A stretch of DNA of 64,000 nucleotides from the human T2T-CHM13v2.0 reference genome, Homo sapiens. The notes under the pieces were generated by a model, which saw only the letters and a list, made by a program, of their open reading frames with translations, ran no database searches and was not told the DNA's origin. Shown piece after piece: positions 1-13,523 of the stretch (positions are counted from its first letter, which is position 1; each line of letters opens with the position of its first letter). The translations under genes and the position numbers were made by a program. The stretch is taken from NCBI RefSeq assembly GCF_009914755.1, contig NC_060928.1. One strand, written 5' to 3'.

Positions 1-93
1 ATTTCCTGTAAAGATTTACAGAGCAATCTGAAGATTGTACTTCCACTTTTAATTCCCTCCTCTCACCTCAGAGACCACAGGTCTAGAGAAATT

Positions 94-399
<306 letters not shown>

Positions 400-2164
400 G
401 GTCTAGAGAAATTCTCTGTGAGAGGTGTTATGCCAGTTTTGGGGAGAGAGTAGCACACATTAAAATGACCATTTATTTTACTATTCATGGCTTCTGTCAG
501 TTCTATGAACTTAAAAGCTTTCTTGGCTTCTCCCCTGAGTTCTGGTTTATTCAGAATGATATTTTTGTCTTTAAATAGTTTCTAATTGTATTTTTGTTGG
601 GGAAGTGATGCCAGGACATTTTCTGTTTCACCATCTTGCTGATATCACTGATGAAACTGCATCAGAAATTTTATACACTATTACTTAAAGGGTAGGATGC
701 TAAAGGCACTTTGAAAAAATATTAAAATTGGTTTTGTGGAGTAGAAGACATACAGACTCTATAGATCATAATTCCCATTTCAGATATACATCTTGAAGAT
801 ATTCATTCATGTATAACTCTCTTCATATCTCTCATGCCTTCAATACTTATAAGTATAAAACAGTAATCCTTTTTTGGCACACTTTTAGACCCTGGACAAT
901 ATTTTATAGTAAAATTTTGGATGCAAGCATATAATATTTTTATTTTGTAGAACGAAGAAGGCATGTCTTCAAAGCGGAGCTCTCAAGAAGTTTTAAAATA
1001 GACTATGTATGGAAGTTTAGAATAAGGAAGAAAAACATTTTGTTAAAATCCGGTGCCTATGAAACACTGAAAATTATTTCATTTATCCAAAATCACTAAA
1101 AATGAGTACTCAAAATTACTCATTTTCACTTTTAAAAATCAATATTCTAGGATAACCCTTTGTTTTTTTAAGCATCCCTTTTCTTCTCTACCAAGATAAA
1201 GTGAACTCCCTGATAATTAGGTTATAATCATTGATTTGTGTATTTAAATTGGGTAGAAACAACCTCTCATAGGTCTGTAAGCACTGAAGAAATCTTAGAT
1301 TTTATCAAGCTAGGTTTACTCATTTAATTCCTAAAGAAAGTACCTTGTGAGGTAACATATATCTAACATATATCTAAAGGGATATATTTATGAACACATA
1401 AAACATTCTTTTCCTCTTTTTCATTATTTTATATTCAAACTTATATAGCTCACAATTTCTTCTCACATCCCAAAACAAATTCTGCCTCTCAAGCAAAACA
1501 GTTTGATCCTCAAACAGAAATGAAGTTATTCATCAAAACCTTGGCACTAAAAAGCTCCCAGAAATCCATAAATGGTAGTTTGTACTCTTACTTCATTCTT
1601 TTTACCATGTTCCCTTTTACTTTTTTCCCCTTACTCAAGAGAAATGGCTGAAGAAATAACTTCTTTGTACACTTTCTGATCCCAGAGTAGATAATATCCT
1701 GCTAATAATATATATGTATTTTATTACTGTTCAATTTATTTTTCAAATTTTCATAGTAATCACATGCAAAGTTTCCTCTATTTTAAATGAAATTTTAATT
1801 TTAATGATTTTTAAAAATGTAACTAATATAGAGATACATACTCTTTATCCTGTGAAACATGGATAGATTTGCCTAAAATTGCCTCTTTTGAAGAAGTTAA
1901 TGACTTCCCTGGATTAACAAAAAATCATGTTCTTGAAATACACTCTGGCCTCAAGTCTCCACAATCACATACGTCATTTTTATTTTGTGGCATATCATTG
2001 CAGAGGAAAAAAACTCAATTTTTTCACTAGTATCAATCAATACATAGGTAGCTAGCTAGATAAACAGATAAATGATAGACAATTTTCAGGCCAGAGTAGC
2101 TCAGATTTAAATAAAAACTTACAGATATAATGAACGGTTTGTATTATAGCAACTAGAATATACT

Positions 2165-2170
2165 TCTCTC

Positions 2171-2218
<48 letters not shown>
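2165..2218. repeat. compound (TC)n(TA)n(TG)n microsatellite
   Basis: Directly visible dinucleotide runs. Confidence 0.97.
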
Positions 2219-2916
2219 CATATTTTAGTTTGTCAGGTTTCATCGTTGCTCTAAATTCCCAAGCTCTAATTTCTATCTAACTAGGTCCTCACAGATTCTG
2301 CTACTCTTTCTTTTTCCTTCTATTTATGCTTCATGTTAAAAGCAAAATTTACTCCTCTTGCCCCATACAGCAACTCCCCCATTGCTGACAAACAGTTCTT
2401 GGTGGAGGAGTTATTAGAGCTCAAGTTCACAGTCTACCTTTACCATCACAAAGCAACCCTTTTCCTAAACAAATATTAAAAAGTCAAGAGAAATTCTGGT
2501 TCTTGTAGATAGAATATCCTCTTTGTTGTAATTATAAAAGTGATACTTGCATTATTTGAATTTTAACATTTATCTAAAGGGATATAGAATCAGAAGTGAA
2601 TATTTTCCTCCTCAGCCACTTTCTTTCCACCACATTATGATTATCCAGTGCTTAACAATTTATTGTATTGTTGCATAAATTTTCAGTGCATATAAAAACA
2701 TTTTGCAAGGTTTTTTCTTCAAGTATGTATCTTGGATATGCATTTGTATCTGCATCTAAAATTTTAGTGTTTAACAGTGGCAGAGTGTTAAATCATTTAA
2801 TGAAACAATGACAAATGTTTACCATTATCCTATCTCCCTGTCCTACTCTCTCTATTTTACTGTCTCATTATTTGGCAAAATCATGTGAATACTTGAAGAA
2901 TTTCCTTGTGTGTCTC

Positions 2917-2961
2917 TGTGTGTGTGTGTGTGTGTGTGTATGTGTGTGTGTGTGTGTGTGT
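2917..2961. repeat. (TG)n microsatellite
   Basis: TG run with one TA interruption. Confidence 0.97.
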
Positions 2962-3516
2962 CAGGGAGAAAAAGGTCTATCAAGAGCTTATGGCATAGGA
3001 GGATATCCCCAGAACAAAATGCTTTTTTCCAAACACAACAAGCATTATCCATTAATTTAATTGCTTACCACAGGAAGATAAATATTGCAATTCTGGATCA
3101 CTTCTCTGAAAGTTTCAAGTTCCCTCAGAACATCCAATTCTCAACTTCTCAAGGACAGAATTCCAGCTTTTGGCTCCTAGACTATTTCTGCCAAATTCCC
3201 ACTAATTCAAAATAAAATATTTGGATGGGAAGAGTAAGGAAGTAGCTGAGGGAATAAACAAGTCAAGTTCGACTCTGCACAAAATCTTGAATGCCCGATA
3301 TAATTCAATACTTACAACATCCTGTGATACAGCTATTTTTAAATCAAATCTAGTGCAGGTGAGAAACTAGGCTTAGAGAGTTTAAGCAATTTTCCCGATG
3401 TCTCTGCATGTGCTATTTCTGTTACATTATATCATTTTCTTGTCAAAGAAAGAAAAACATCTCCGAAAAGATACACCTAAAAATGCCTGAAGTTGTTGCA
3501 CTGTGTGGTCTTCCCT

Positions 3517-5807
3517 TGTATTAGTCCACTTTCATATGGCTACAAAGAAAAACCTGAGACTGGCTAATTTATAAAGAAAAGGAGGTTTAATGAACTCACA
3601 GTTCCACATGACTGGGGAGGTCTCACAACCACGGCTGAAGGCAAAGGAGGAGCAAAGGCATGTCTTACACGGCGGCACACAAGAGAATCTGTGTATGGGA
3701 ACTGCTCTTTACAAAATCATCAGATCTTCTGGGACTTAATCCCTACCATGAGAACAGCACAGGAAAGACCTGCCCTTATGATTCAATTACTTCCTACTGG
3801 GTCCCTCCCATGACATACAGAGATTATGGGAGCTACAATTCAAGATGAGAGTTGGTTAGGGACACAGCCAAACCATATCATTCCACCCCTGACCTCTTCC
3901 AAATCTCAGGTCCTCACATTTCAAAACCAATCATGCTGTTCAAAAATTACCCAAAGTCTTAACTCATTTCTCCATTAACACAAAAGTCCATGGTACAAAA
4001 CTTCATTTGAGATAAGTTCCTTCCACCTATGAGCCTGTAAAATCAAAAACAAGTTAGTTACTTCCTAGATACAAAAAGGGTACAGGCATTGGTAAATACA
4101 GACATTCAAAATGGGAGAAATTAGCCAAAACAAAGAGGCTACAGGTCCCATGCAAGTCCAAAATCCAGCAGGGCAGTCAAATCTTAAAGCTCCAAAATGA
4201 TCTCCTTTGACTCCATATCTCACATCCAGGTTAGACTGATGCAAGAGGTGGGCTCCCATGGCGTTTGGCACCTCCTACTCTGTGGCTTTGAAGGGTACAT
4301 CCCTCCTCACGATTGCTTTCACGGGCTGGTGTTGAGTGTGTATAGCTTTTCTAGGTGTACGGTGCAAACTGCTGGTGGGTCTACCGTTCTGAGGTCTGAA
4401 GAATGGTGGCCCACTTCTCACAGCTTCACTAGGTAGTGCCCCAGTGGGGACTCGGTCGGTGCTCCAACCCATTTTCTTTCTGCACTGTCCTAGCAGAGGT
4501 TCTCCGTGAGGGAAAATCTGCAGCACAACTCTGTCTGGATATCTAGGTGTTTCCATAACATCCTATGAAATCTAGTCAGAGGTTCCTAAACCTCAGTTCT
4601 TGACTTCTGTGCACCCATCAGCCCAAAACCACATGTAAGCTACCAAGGCTTGGGGCTTGCACCTCTAAGGCAATGGCCTCATCTGTACATTGGCTCCTTT
4701 TAGCCATGATTGGGACACAGGGCACCAAGTCCTGAAACTGCACAAAGCAGCAAGTCTTTGGGGCCTGGCCCATAAAAGCACTTTTTCCTCCTAGGCCTCC
4801 CAGCTTGTGATGGGAGGTGCTGCCATGAAATCCTCTGACATGCCCTGGAGACATTTTCCCCATTGTCTTGGTGATTAACATTTGATTCCTGGTTACTTAT
4901 GCAAATTTTAGCAGCCAGCTTGAATTTCTCCACAGAAGATGTTTTGTTTTCTTTTCTACCGCATCATCAGGCTACAAATTTTCTGAACTTTTAAGCTCTG
5001 TTTCCCTTTTAAATGTAAGTTCCAATTCCAAAGCATATCTTTGTGAATGAATAAAACTTGATGCTTTTAAGTTATGTCTTGAACACTTTGCTGCTTAGAA
5101 CTTTCTCCCACCAGTACTCTAAATCATCTCTGTCAAGTTCAAAGTTCCACAGATCTCTAGGGCATGGGCAAACAGCCACCAGTCTTTATGCTAAAACATA
5201 GCAAGAATCGCCTTTGCTCCAGTTCCTAGTAAGTTCCTTATATCTATCTGAGACCACCTCAGCCTGGACTTTTTGGTCAAAACAATTCAACCAGTCTCCA
5301 GGAAGCTCCAAATTTTCCCACAACTTCCTGTTTTCTTCTGAGCCCTCCAAACTGTTCCATCACCTACTTGTTACCCAGTTTCAAAGTTGCTTCCATATTT
5401 TTGGGTATCTTCATAGCAGTACCTCACTCTACCAATACCAGTTTACTGTATTAGTCCATTTCTATACTGCTATGAAGAAATACCCAAGACTGGGTAATTT
5501 ATTAAAAATAAAGGGGTTTAATAGACTCATTATTCCGCATGGCTGGGGAGGCCTCACAATCATGGCAGAAGGTAGCAAACAAAGGCACTTCTTACATGGT
5601 GGCAGGCAAGAGAACCTGTGCAGGGGTACTTCCCTTTATAAAACCATGAGATATCATGAGTTTTATTCACTATCATGAGAATAGCATGGGAAAAACCTGC
5701 CCCCATGATTCAATTACCTCCCCCAGGCTCCCTCCCATGACATGTGGAGATTATGAGAGCTATGATTCAAGATGAAATTTGGGTGGGGACAGAGCCAAAC
5801 CATATCA
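3517..5807 (-). mobile_element. Full-length THE1 (THE1C/D-like) ERVL-MaLR element: LTR-internal-LTR
   Basis: Two homologous ~360-bp LTRs (3517-3880, 5447-5807), each running tgtattagtcc...ccaaaccatatca. The ~1.57-kb THE1 internal region lies between them. The 5-bp TSD tccct is at 3512-3516 and 5808-5812. Confidence 0.95.
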
Positions 5808-8800
5808 TCCCTTATACTAATTGAATATCTACCTTATGGTTGATGAGATTGTTGGAATAAACTGCATAGATAACTTTAAATGGTGCTTATCATGAGGCGG
5901 CCAAGACATTAACCCTCATTGATGTACTCAACAATACTCCATCTGGTTTGTGACAAGACTTAAGGGGTGATGATGGAGTTTTGTTATCTGAAAATGTCAT
6001 ATAATGAAATCTTCTGTTTTTATAGACAGGAAAATGAGTATCAGAGATGTTGTGGGGTATCTGTCTAATAACAGACATATTTTATGGTGAAACTGAGATT
6101 CCTCTGTGGTCTTATATTTCCTCTGAGCAAAACCATGCTGGTGAACTAGAACATCTACAAATAATCATGTATCTCATGGGATAAATCCTATAGAAACAGT
6201 GAATTGCATCAAACAATAGTTTAAGGTAAAGCTAAATCTGGAAAGATCGCAAGAAGACTGAGAGATATAGCCATCTCATCTTTGGTGTTTAAATTTGAAG
6301 GATTAAACTGAAAGGACAATTAAATATGAAGTACTTGTTTCAACCAGTTTGTTCTCACCTGTCCAGATTTAGTTTTTCTGCTAATCAACTTTAGTTCTCA
6401 GAGATAAGACTAAAACAAAAGTAGCAACAAGTAGATGCTTGCTAGTATTCAGGCCATCAGTAGGTTCAAGAATAAATTTCTATATGTTGATGCAAAAAAT
6501 AAAGTGAAACAGGAAACAAAACATATGTTTCATTATGAAAAATAACAAAGTGAACAATTATTATACTGTAAAAATAATATGTATTTTATGAAAGGGCTTT
6601 TCTATCAAACCTCAGTTATTAAAACTTATTTTTAATAATATTTTATTGTTATTCAGTTTTAACTTACGTTAAAGTGATTTGAAGTGATTAGCAAAGTCTG
6701 GTACTGAATGTTTTATTTTTCCTTTCTACGTCTATAAATGAATTTACAAATCTCTTTAAATTGTGGAAAATTTTGAAAATAATTGTTCATGTGCTGTGTA
6801 ATGTGCTTTCTTTAGTGAAATCTTTACATAATGCCATGATCATGCAGTGTTTTTATGTTGCAGATCAAAAACAAAAGAGAAAGCATGGTAGCATTATTTT
6901 CCAAGGTGTTAGCACAGGCTTATTTTCCCATAATAATGGAGTCCAAGTAGCTGGCAGAAACATTATAAAATGTCAACTTTCAAATGTAGCTGCACAGTTT
7001 AAATTCAGTCATATTTCACATCTGTGTTATGCAGCTCTATCCTAACAGGGGTAGAATCCAGAACATAATCTGTGTTAGAATGGCCTTGAAAGTAAAATGA
7101 GAGAACTCTTCACCTGCCCACTGATGTTCTTTCTGCTGTACACAGAAGCAAAAAACACAGGTTCAAGTTGCTGAAAACAAACAATTAGAAATCAAATCAA
7201 AGCCTGTTTGGCTTCACAACTGAATGCTGAGATGCAATAGGAATCCTAACAATGCAAAGTAATAGCCTGCTGAATTCAATGAATACGGCTTAATACCTTT
7301 AGACCATAGCAAGACTTGGGTAAAATTAAAAAGTAATGTAAAGCTCTTTGGTATGCTCTACTAAATTAGTATTCTGAGGCATGTGTCTACACACCATACA
7401 TAATGAGGACTGTTGGTTTCATTTACAGACACTGGCTACATTAGCTAGCACTAATGTGTAAAAACGTATTGTATGGTGGTCTATAGAGGCACTCCAAATT
7501 TTCATTATGTTTTAGTCAAAAAGTGCTTGTTTTGCAGGATGGAATCCATGTCAATAAAATGGATTGGGTGTCACTTAAACCAAGTGACATGCTAATCTTC
7601 TAGAGGCCTCTGTCCTTAATCTCTACAGGACATAAGTCAGTTTAGCAGCGTGAGCTGTTCTCACAGGTAGCAACTATTGAGCTCTTTAATGTAAATTCAA
7701 AAGCAAAGCTTATCAGTGTGTTTCAGAAATTGCTTCAATGTGGGTTGCTGTCTATGAAAAAAAAAATCCCCCTACTTCCTCCAAATCCGTGGGCAACTTC
7801 CAAGTTTTTATAGTGCCTGGGAGCACCATTTAATTATAAAGAAATTGGTTTTGGTGATAGCTGCTCTGTGACCAATTGGATTGGAGGCATTTCTTCTGGC
7901 TATTATTAAGGTAACTTTACTATTGCCCTCATATAGTCAGGCATGATCAAAATATTAAGCAAAGCAATGTCTCAATCCAGAATTTCAAGACCCAGTACCT
8001 AGATATTTTTAAAGTACAGCTATAACTAACCATTTAATAACAAAAGAAAAGAGTAATGGGATTGGGATTAATAATTCTTTAGTTTGTAGAGAGAGTTACA
8101 AAATGTGGAAAATGACACTAATTTAACTGCATTTGTTATATCATAGGAAAGCTAGAAAAGCTCAAAGAAAAATTGCAAGACATTTCCAGAATCTAAGAGC
8201 TAAATTAGTTGACAATAAAATCTTTAAAACACAAAATTAAATAGAAGTCTCCATTCTGTATATATTTTATTTTCTAAATACCAAGTAGTATATATTTTCT
8301 GCTCATTTGCTCCAAATAGAATAAAATGCAATCATTACTGGAAGTTATTACTTCAGTAGAGTACACTGGAGTATATTCTACTCCAATATAACACTTTCCA
8401 CAAAAGAGTAAGAGTCTTACACCTATTATTATTTCTGGTATTACATGACACTCTGTTAATAAATACACACATGAAATCTTGAAGGCATGCATTGAACTAA
8501 AATTAGAATCACTCACATAAAAAGATGTAATCAACAGAATAAAATGATAAAATATTCCATTACTTCTGAGAGCAAAGCAATAGGCTAATATCTAATAAGT
8601 AATGAAGTTAATGAGAATGCTTGAATGCAGGGATATTTTCTTTAAATTGGAATTAGCAAATACCTTTTTTAAAATTTAAACTATTTTTAAGAGTGGGTGC
8701 AAAATATATTTTTCACTCAGGAAATAAAATACGCTGATTCAAACTTTATTTTTATTGGATAATTTCAGGTGTCACTGACTTGCATTGTTAATATAAGTAT

Positions 8801-10389
8801 CATTTCTTTTAATTGCTTATCTATAAACACCGAAGGATATCGAGTAGTATCTGTAATGATTCCAGGATAAAGCAGTCCCATTTCTCTTTTTAATATGTTT
8901 TTAATATTAACTTGTTTTATTCCCACATTCTTAGAATAAATAATGTATGTGTTGTTGAATAACTCAGTGCATATTGTGAGCTCTAGTTAATGAAAAATTA
9001 GATTTACAATGATAAATTAGTTTGCTGGTAGAAGTAAAATACAGATTATTTTTACTTAGTTGCAAAATGATGACAAGCTAAAATTTTGGAACCATTGCCA
9101 AAGGATTAGTACTATCAAAGACACAATATAAATGCATCGTAACATTAGACACATTTAGGAGGAAACATTTTTAGAAATCATTTTGAAAATAATATTTTAT
9201 ACAGCTAGAAGGATGTTGATTTTGTTGCAAGTATAACGTTTAAGAAATATTTAAACATGTAAGTTAGTATGTCTTAATGAAATAAAAACATAAGTATGTG
9301 TAGAATTAACATTAGTCAGCTTTGAACACTATACACGTAAGACATTCCTTCACGTAATTAAAATGTTTGTGTGTCAATAAATATATAAGTAAACATGAAT
9401 TCTAACATAAGTTATATAGTGTTGTTCTTGATTTTTATCCAGTGTTCTTAGGCAAGAACATTGAAATCTTTTTTATCTGTTTTTATATCAAAATACTTTA
9501 TTAACTACATATAAAATACTCAGTTGGTTTTGGTTTTTTTGTTTGTTTGCTTAAGGAAGATGATTATGATAGAATTGTTTGTGTTTCTTAAAAGAAACTT
9601 GGAATTAACATTTGTCTCTAAAATATATGGAGTTCATGTGATTCCTTTGATGTCTCCAAACTGACGCTCAGCTGTTGGAAAATGTTCTTTGTTTTGTGTG
9701 ACATTTGCTCACAGATGCTTTTGCATGATTCTGTCCACAACTGTTTATTCTTTTAAGTGTCTGCCAATCTGAGAGCATCAGTATATGTAATGCATGGATA
9801 TATATTAATAGAAACAAATACTTAAATGATAAATAATTTAAAAATAGGGATAAAAGTGCTTTGAAATACACTGTAATAGTTGCTTTCTACATTCTGTGAT
9901 TAGAGTTTAAAGGATATTTAAAATGTGTGAGCACAAAAAAAATATTTTAAAAAAAAGAAGAAAAAAGAAAAAAAGCAATAATTGAATACAAAACTATATT
10001 TCCAGAGGAGACACATTTTTTTTTTCTTTTGGAAACTACTTACGTAAATTTCTTTTCTTTCTGTAAACAAATGAAGAAACACCAAGTTAGGAAATAAAGA
10101 AAAAAATATAATACTGGGTAATTAATCAAAAAAAAGTCATAATGGAGCGCTACGAAATGATATATTTACATTTTAAGTTTATATATGTATATAAAATAGT
10201 GTAGACAAGAAGTATATGTATTTATTTTCCCTATAAGTATTACAGTCTTATTCTGGAAACTATTAGGGTAATTCAGAAAACTATCACTCCGCATTGCTAC
10301 ATCAAAAATATCATTGTTCTGGAATAGATCTTGGGGATAAGTAGAAAAGGTAGTGGAATTGAAATGATATCTCAAGCTTATTGAATTGC

Positions 10390-10525
10390 AATATATCAAT
10401 ATTGCTTTTCTTAGTTTGAAAATGTATCATGGTAATATAAGATGTCAACATCAGGGAAAATAGTAAAGACTATATGGAAAACTGTTGTAAATCTAAAAAT
10501 ATGCCAAAATCAAATTTTATTTAAA
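10390..10525 (+). mobile_element. old L1M (L1MC/ME-like) 3' end fragment
   Basis: catggtaatataagatgtcaacatcaggg...tgtaaatctaaaa resembles old L1M 3' UTR ends. Confidence 0.5.
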
Positions 10526-10681
10526 CATATATCATATGTTGTTGTATTAGAGATGTAGCCTTTAGCCATTCATTTAGCAGAGATTGATTCAATGCTACTG
10601 GTGCTGGTCCCTCAACTTGGCACAAAGTCGGCAGTGAGATAATTAAAACCAAACTACGTAACATAGAAAATACAGAAACCA

Positions 10682-10930
10682 AGCTGGGTGCAGTGGCTCA
10701 TGCTTGCATTTCCAGCACTTTGAGAGGTTCAGGCAGGAGGATTGCCTGAGGCCAGGAGTTTGAGACCAGCCTGGGGAACACAGTGAGACCCCATCTCTAT
10801 TTTTTTTAAATTAACTTGGCACAGTGGTGCACACCTGTAGCCCCAGCTACTAGGGAGGTTGAGGTGGGAGGATTGCTTGAGGCCAGGAGTTTGGGCTGGG
10901 TAACAAACAAAAAAAGAATTAAGAAGGAAA
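10682..10930 (+). mobile_element. AluJ with internally deleted right arm
   Basis: AluJ-type ggaggattgcctgaggccaggagtttgagacc. Approximate 17-bp TSD agaaaatacagaaacca (10665-10681) and agaaaacatagaaacca (10931-10947). Confidence 0.9.
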
Positions 10931-11136
10931 AGAAAACATAGAAACCAAGGTTACTGCCCTCATGAAACTTACAGGCTCATATAGCGAAGATTTGCTAATC
11001 ATATGAAAAAATACAGATATACAATGATAAATTCAAATTATTTTACCGTTAAATTTTAATGATAATTTTAATATGGGAAATGCTTGTTGTTGAGAGAGAA
11101 AATTAAAAAAGAAGTGCCACTGTAATTTTTAGGAGA

Positions 11137-11710
11137 TTTTTAAAAATTGTGGTAAAATACAACATAAATTTAACAATTTTTAAGTGTACAATTCAGTAGC
11201 ATAAGTATATTCACATTGTTGTGGAACCATCATCCCTATCATTCTCCAAAACATTTTAACATTGTAAACTGAAATTATCTACTCCTTAAACAATAACTCC
11301 CTATTTCTTCCTCCACACAGCTCCTGATCACCGCTATTCTACTTTCTCTATTTACCTTATATAAGTGGAAATGTGTAGTATTTGTTCTTTCGTGTCTGGC
11401 TTATTTAATTATCAATGTTTTCAAGACTCATCCATGTTGTAGCACATATCAGAAAATCATACCTTTTTGAGGCTGAATAATATTCTATTTTATGTGTATG
11501 CTATTCTTTGTCCATTCATATGTTGATGGGCATTTGGGTTGCTTCTACCTTCTGGTTATAATAAAGCTGCTATCAACATCAGTGTACAAATATCTGTTCA
11601 TATTTCTGCTTCCAATTTTTTTGGGTACTCAGAAGTGGATTACTGGATCATATTCTATGTTTAATTTTTTTTTGAGAAATTGACATGCTATAATCCACCA
11701 CTGCTATTTT
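11137..11710 (-). mobile_element. L1MB-type LINE-1 3' fragment
   Basis: ttttaagtgtacaattcagtagc...tattcacattgttgtg...catccatgttgtagca...gatgggcatttgggttg is typical of an L1MB 3' UTR in reverse. Confidence 0.85.
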
Positions 11711-13475
11711 TCAGCAAAACCTAATGTGTACAATGAGAAGGTCAATTGAAGAGTATGTTAGATAGTGATGAGGGGGTGAAGGGCATTGGAGGGAAGAGAA
11801 AATTTGAAACTGAGGTGACATCATGATGCAGAGGCCCTGAGGCCACATTGGCTAGTTCTGAAGATGCTGAAGGCTTAAAGGAGGACAGCATGTGGTTGGC
11901 CATGAAGACAGGAAAGGAATTGGGTTAAACACGATTTGCAGACCTGGTAAGGTGCCAGATAAGACAAGACCATGTAGGCCACTGCAGTGTGTTTTCATTT
12001 TATTCTCTGTACAAAGAAAACACTGTGACAAATTTTCAAGTAGGACTATCCTAGGGCTTAAATTTTATCATACGAAAAATAGGAGTAAGGCAAGAACATA
12101 TGAAGTGAGACACCTTAAGAGGCTATTACCAAAGTTCTCCAGGTATGACTTTATTATTACCTTGCATGAAGAAGGTGGGGTTTGTGATATGGACTTAGGA
12201 AACTTGGTGATGAATCCAGTATAGGAAGTATAGGAGGTAAGAGAGATAGAGGTGGCAGGATTAACTTACAGCTTTTTGTTTGTAACAGCTCAATGGATGT
12301 TTGCATCATTTACCAATGAGGAAGAGATTGTGGGGGAACATGTTGGTTTGGGAAATTTCAGATTAGAAGTGCCTATTAGAGATATGAAAATCCTATGATT
12401 TAAAAAGTCTCTCCTTGAGTTTAGAGTTACCTAAAGAGGAAAAACTTTGGAAATTATTATTTTTTTCAGATTTGACTTAACCTGCAGAGATATAGTGATC
12501 CTATAGAGTAAGCGTTTTTTTTTTTTCTTTTTCTTTTTTTGTTCATTTTACTCTGGAAGCCAAAGATGACTGCATTATTAAAAGAAAACAAAGATAACAA
12601 AATGTACCTGAAACCTTCCTTCAAAAATCATTTTATTTCATAGAGACACTAAAATTTGTTACTCACAATTACCTGGTAAATTTACCCTATATAATTTGTC
12701 AAATGTTGTAATTCAGGCAAAATATGTACTACCTTCTCAATATATTAATACAAAATGACCTGACTATACAAAACCAATTCACTGTATATATCTGAAATCT
12801 CACAGTTGACTTTGTTTTATAGATTTCTTCTCAATTTTATTGTCTTCTGCCTTAGTAGAGTGTTCTCTGCATATTACATTTTAGTCATTACTACTGTTTG
12901 GTTGGACTTTGTGAAGTCTTTTTTTTTTCTTTTTCCTCATGAATAGAAGTGTCCTGGCAAAGAAAATCAATTTGTCACCCATTCTTAGGACTGTAAAACT
13001 GTTGCCACTTGGTCACTTACAATCTTAGTGTGCATTGAATTTTATTGGTTTTATGCCACCTCACAAGTAGCTCTTTGCCTTTGATATTTTACAATATTAT
13101 TATGTAATCTGGTGAAACTACTTCATGTATTTCTTCTAGAATACATTTCAAAAAAAATCTGCACAGGAGCTCAGAAACATATTAAATAAGGCTAAAATAT
13201 GCCATAGTTCTCCTGAGGTGATTCTTGTAGGAAAAAATAAAAAATAGTTTACATTTGGTAATATATGTGCCATGTTATCATTACTAGAAACATTAGAAAA
13301 AGCATAATTGACATTGTACTAATATGGTAGCAAGGAAAAATTATCACTTTGATTTTAGGGCTATGATTTTTTTTCATATTTTTATGGTTATATGACTCTA
13401 TCATGTGTTTTGTTACGTGTCCTTCCAACTACCCACTAGCCAGGAGAAAAATAAAGCTACTTTAGGAAAAAATAT

Positions 13476-13523
13476 AGAAGAAGAAGGAGAAGAAATGAAA
13501 GAGGAGGAAGAGGAAGAAGAGGA
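13476..13523. repeat. GAA/GAG purine-rich low-complexity repeat
   Basis: agaagaagaaggagaagaa...gaggaggaagaggaagaagagga. Confidence 0.85.

Larger units (their letters stand above)
10565..12430 (-). mobile_element. fragmented L2 LINE, interrupted by AluJ and L1MB
   Basis: L2 3' end signature (cattcatttagcag..., ctgccctcatgaaacttaca) and purine-rich L2-like pieces at about 11720-12430. Boundaries are approximate. Confidence 0.55.

Noticed and set aside
950-1200. Acceptor-like ttttgtag followed by a stop-free frame with CpGs
   Set aside because: No recognisable protein, no convincing donor and no partner exons.
2052-3215. ORFs with HT/CV dipeptide runs
   Set aside because: These are translations of (TG)n microsatellites.
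4065-5678. Cluster of overlapping ORFs
   Set aside because: They lie within the THE1 internal region and LTR, and none forms a continuous coding frame.
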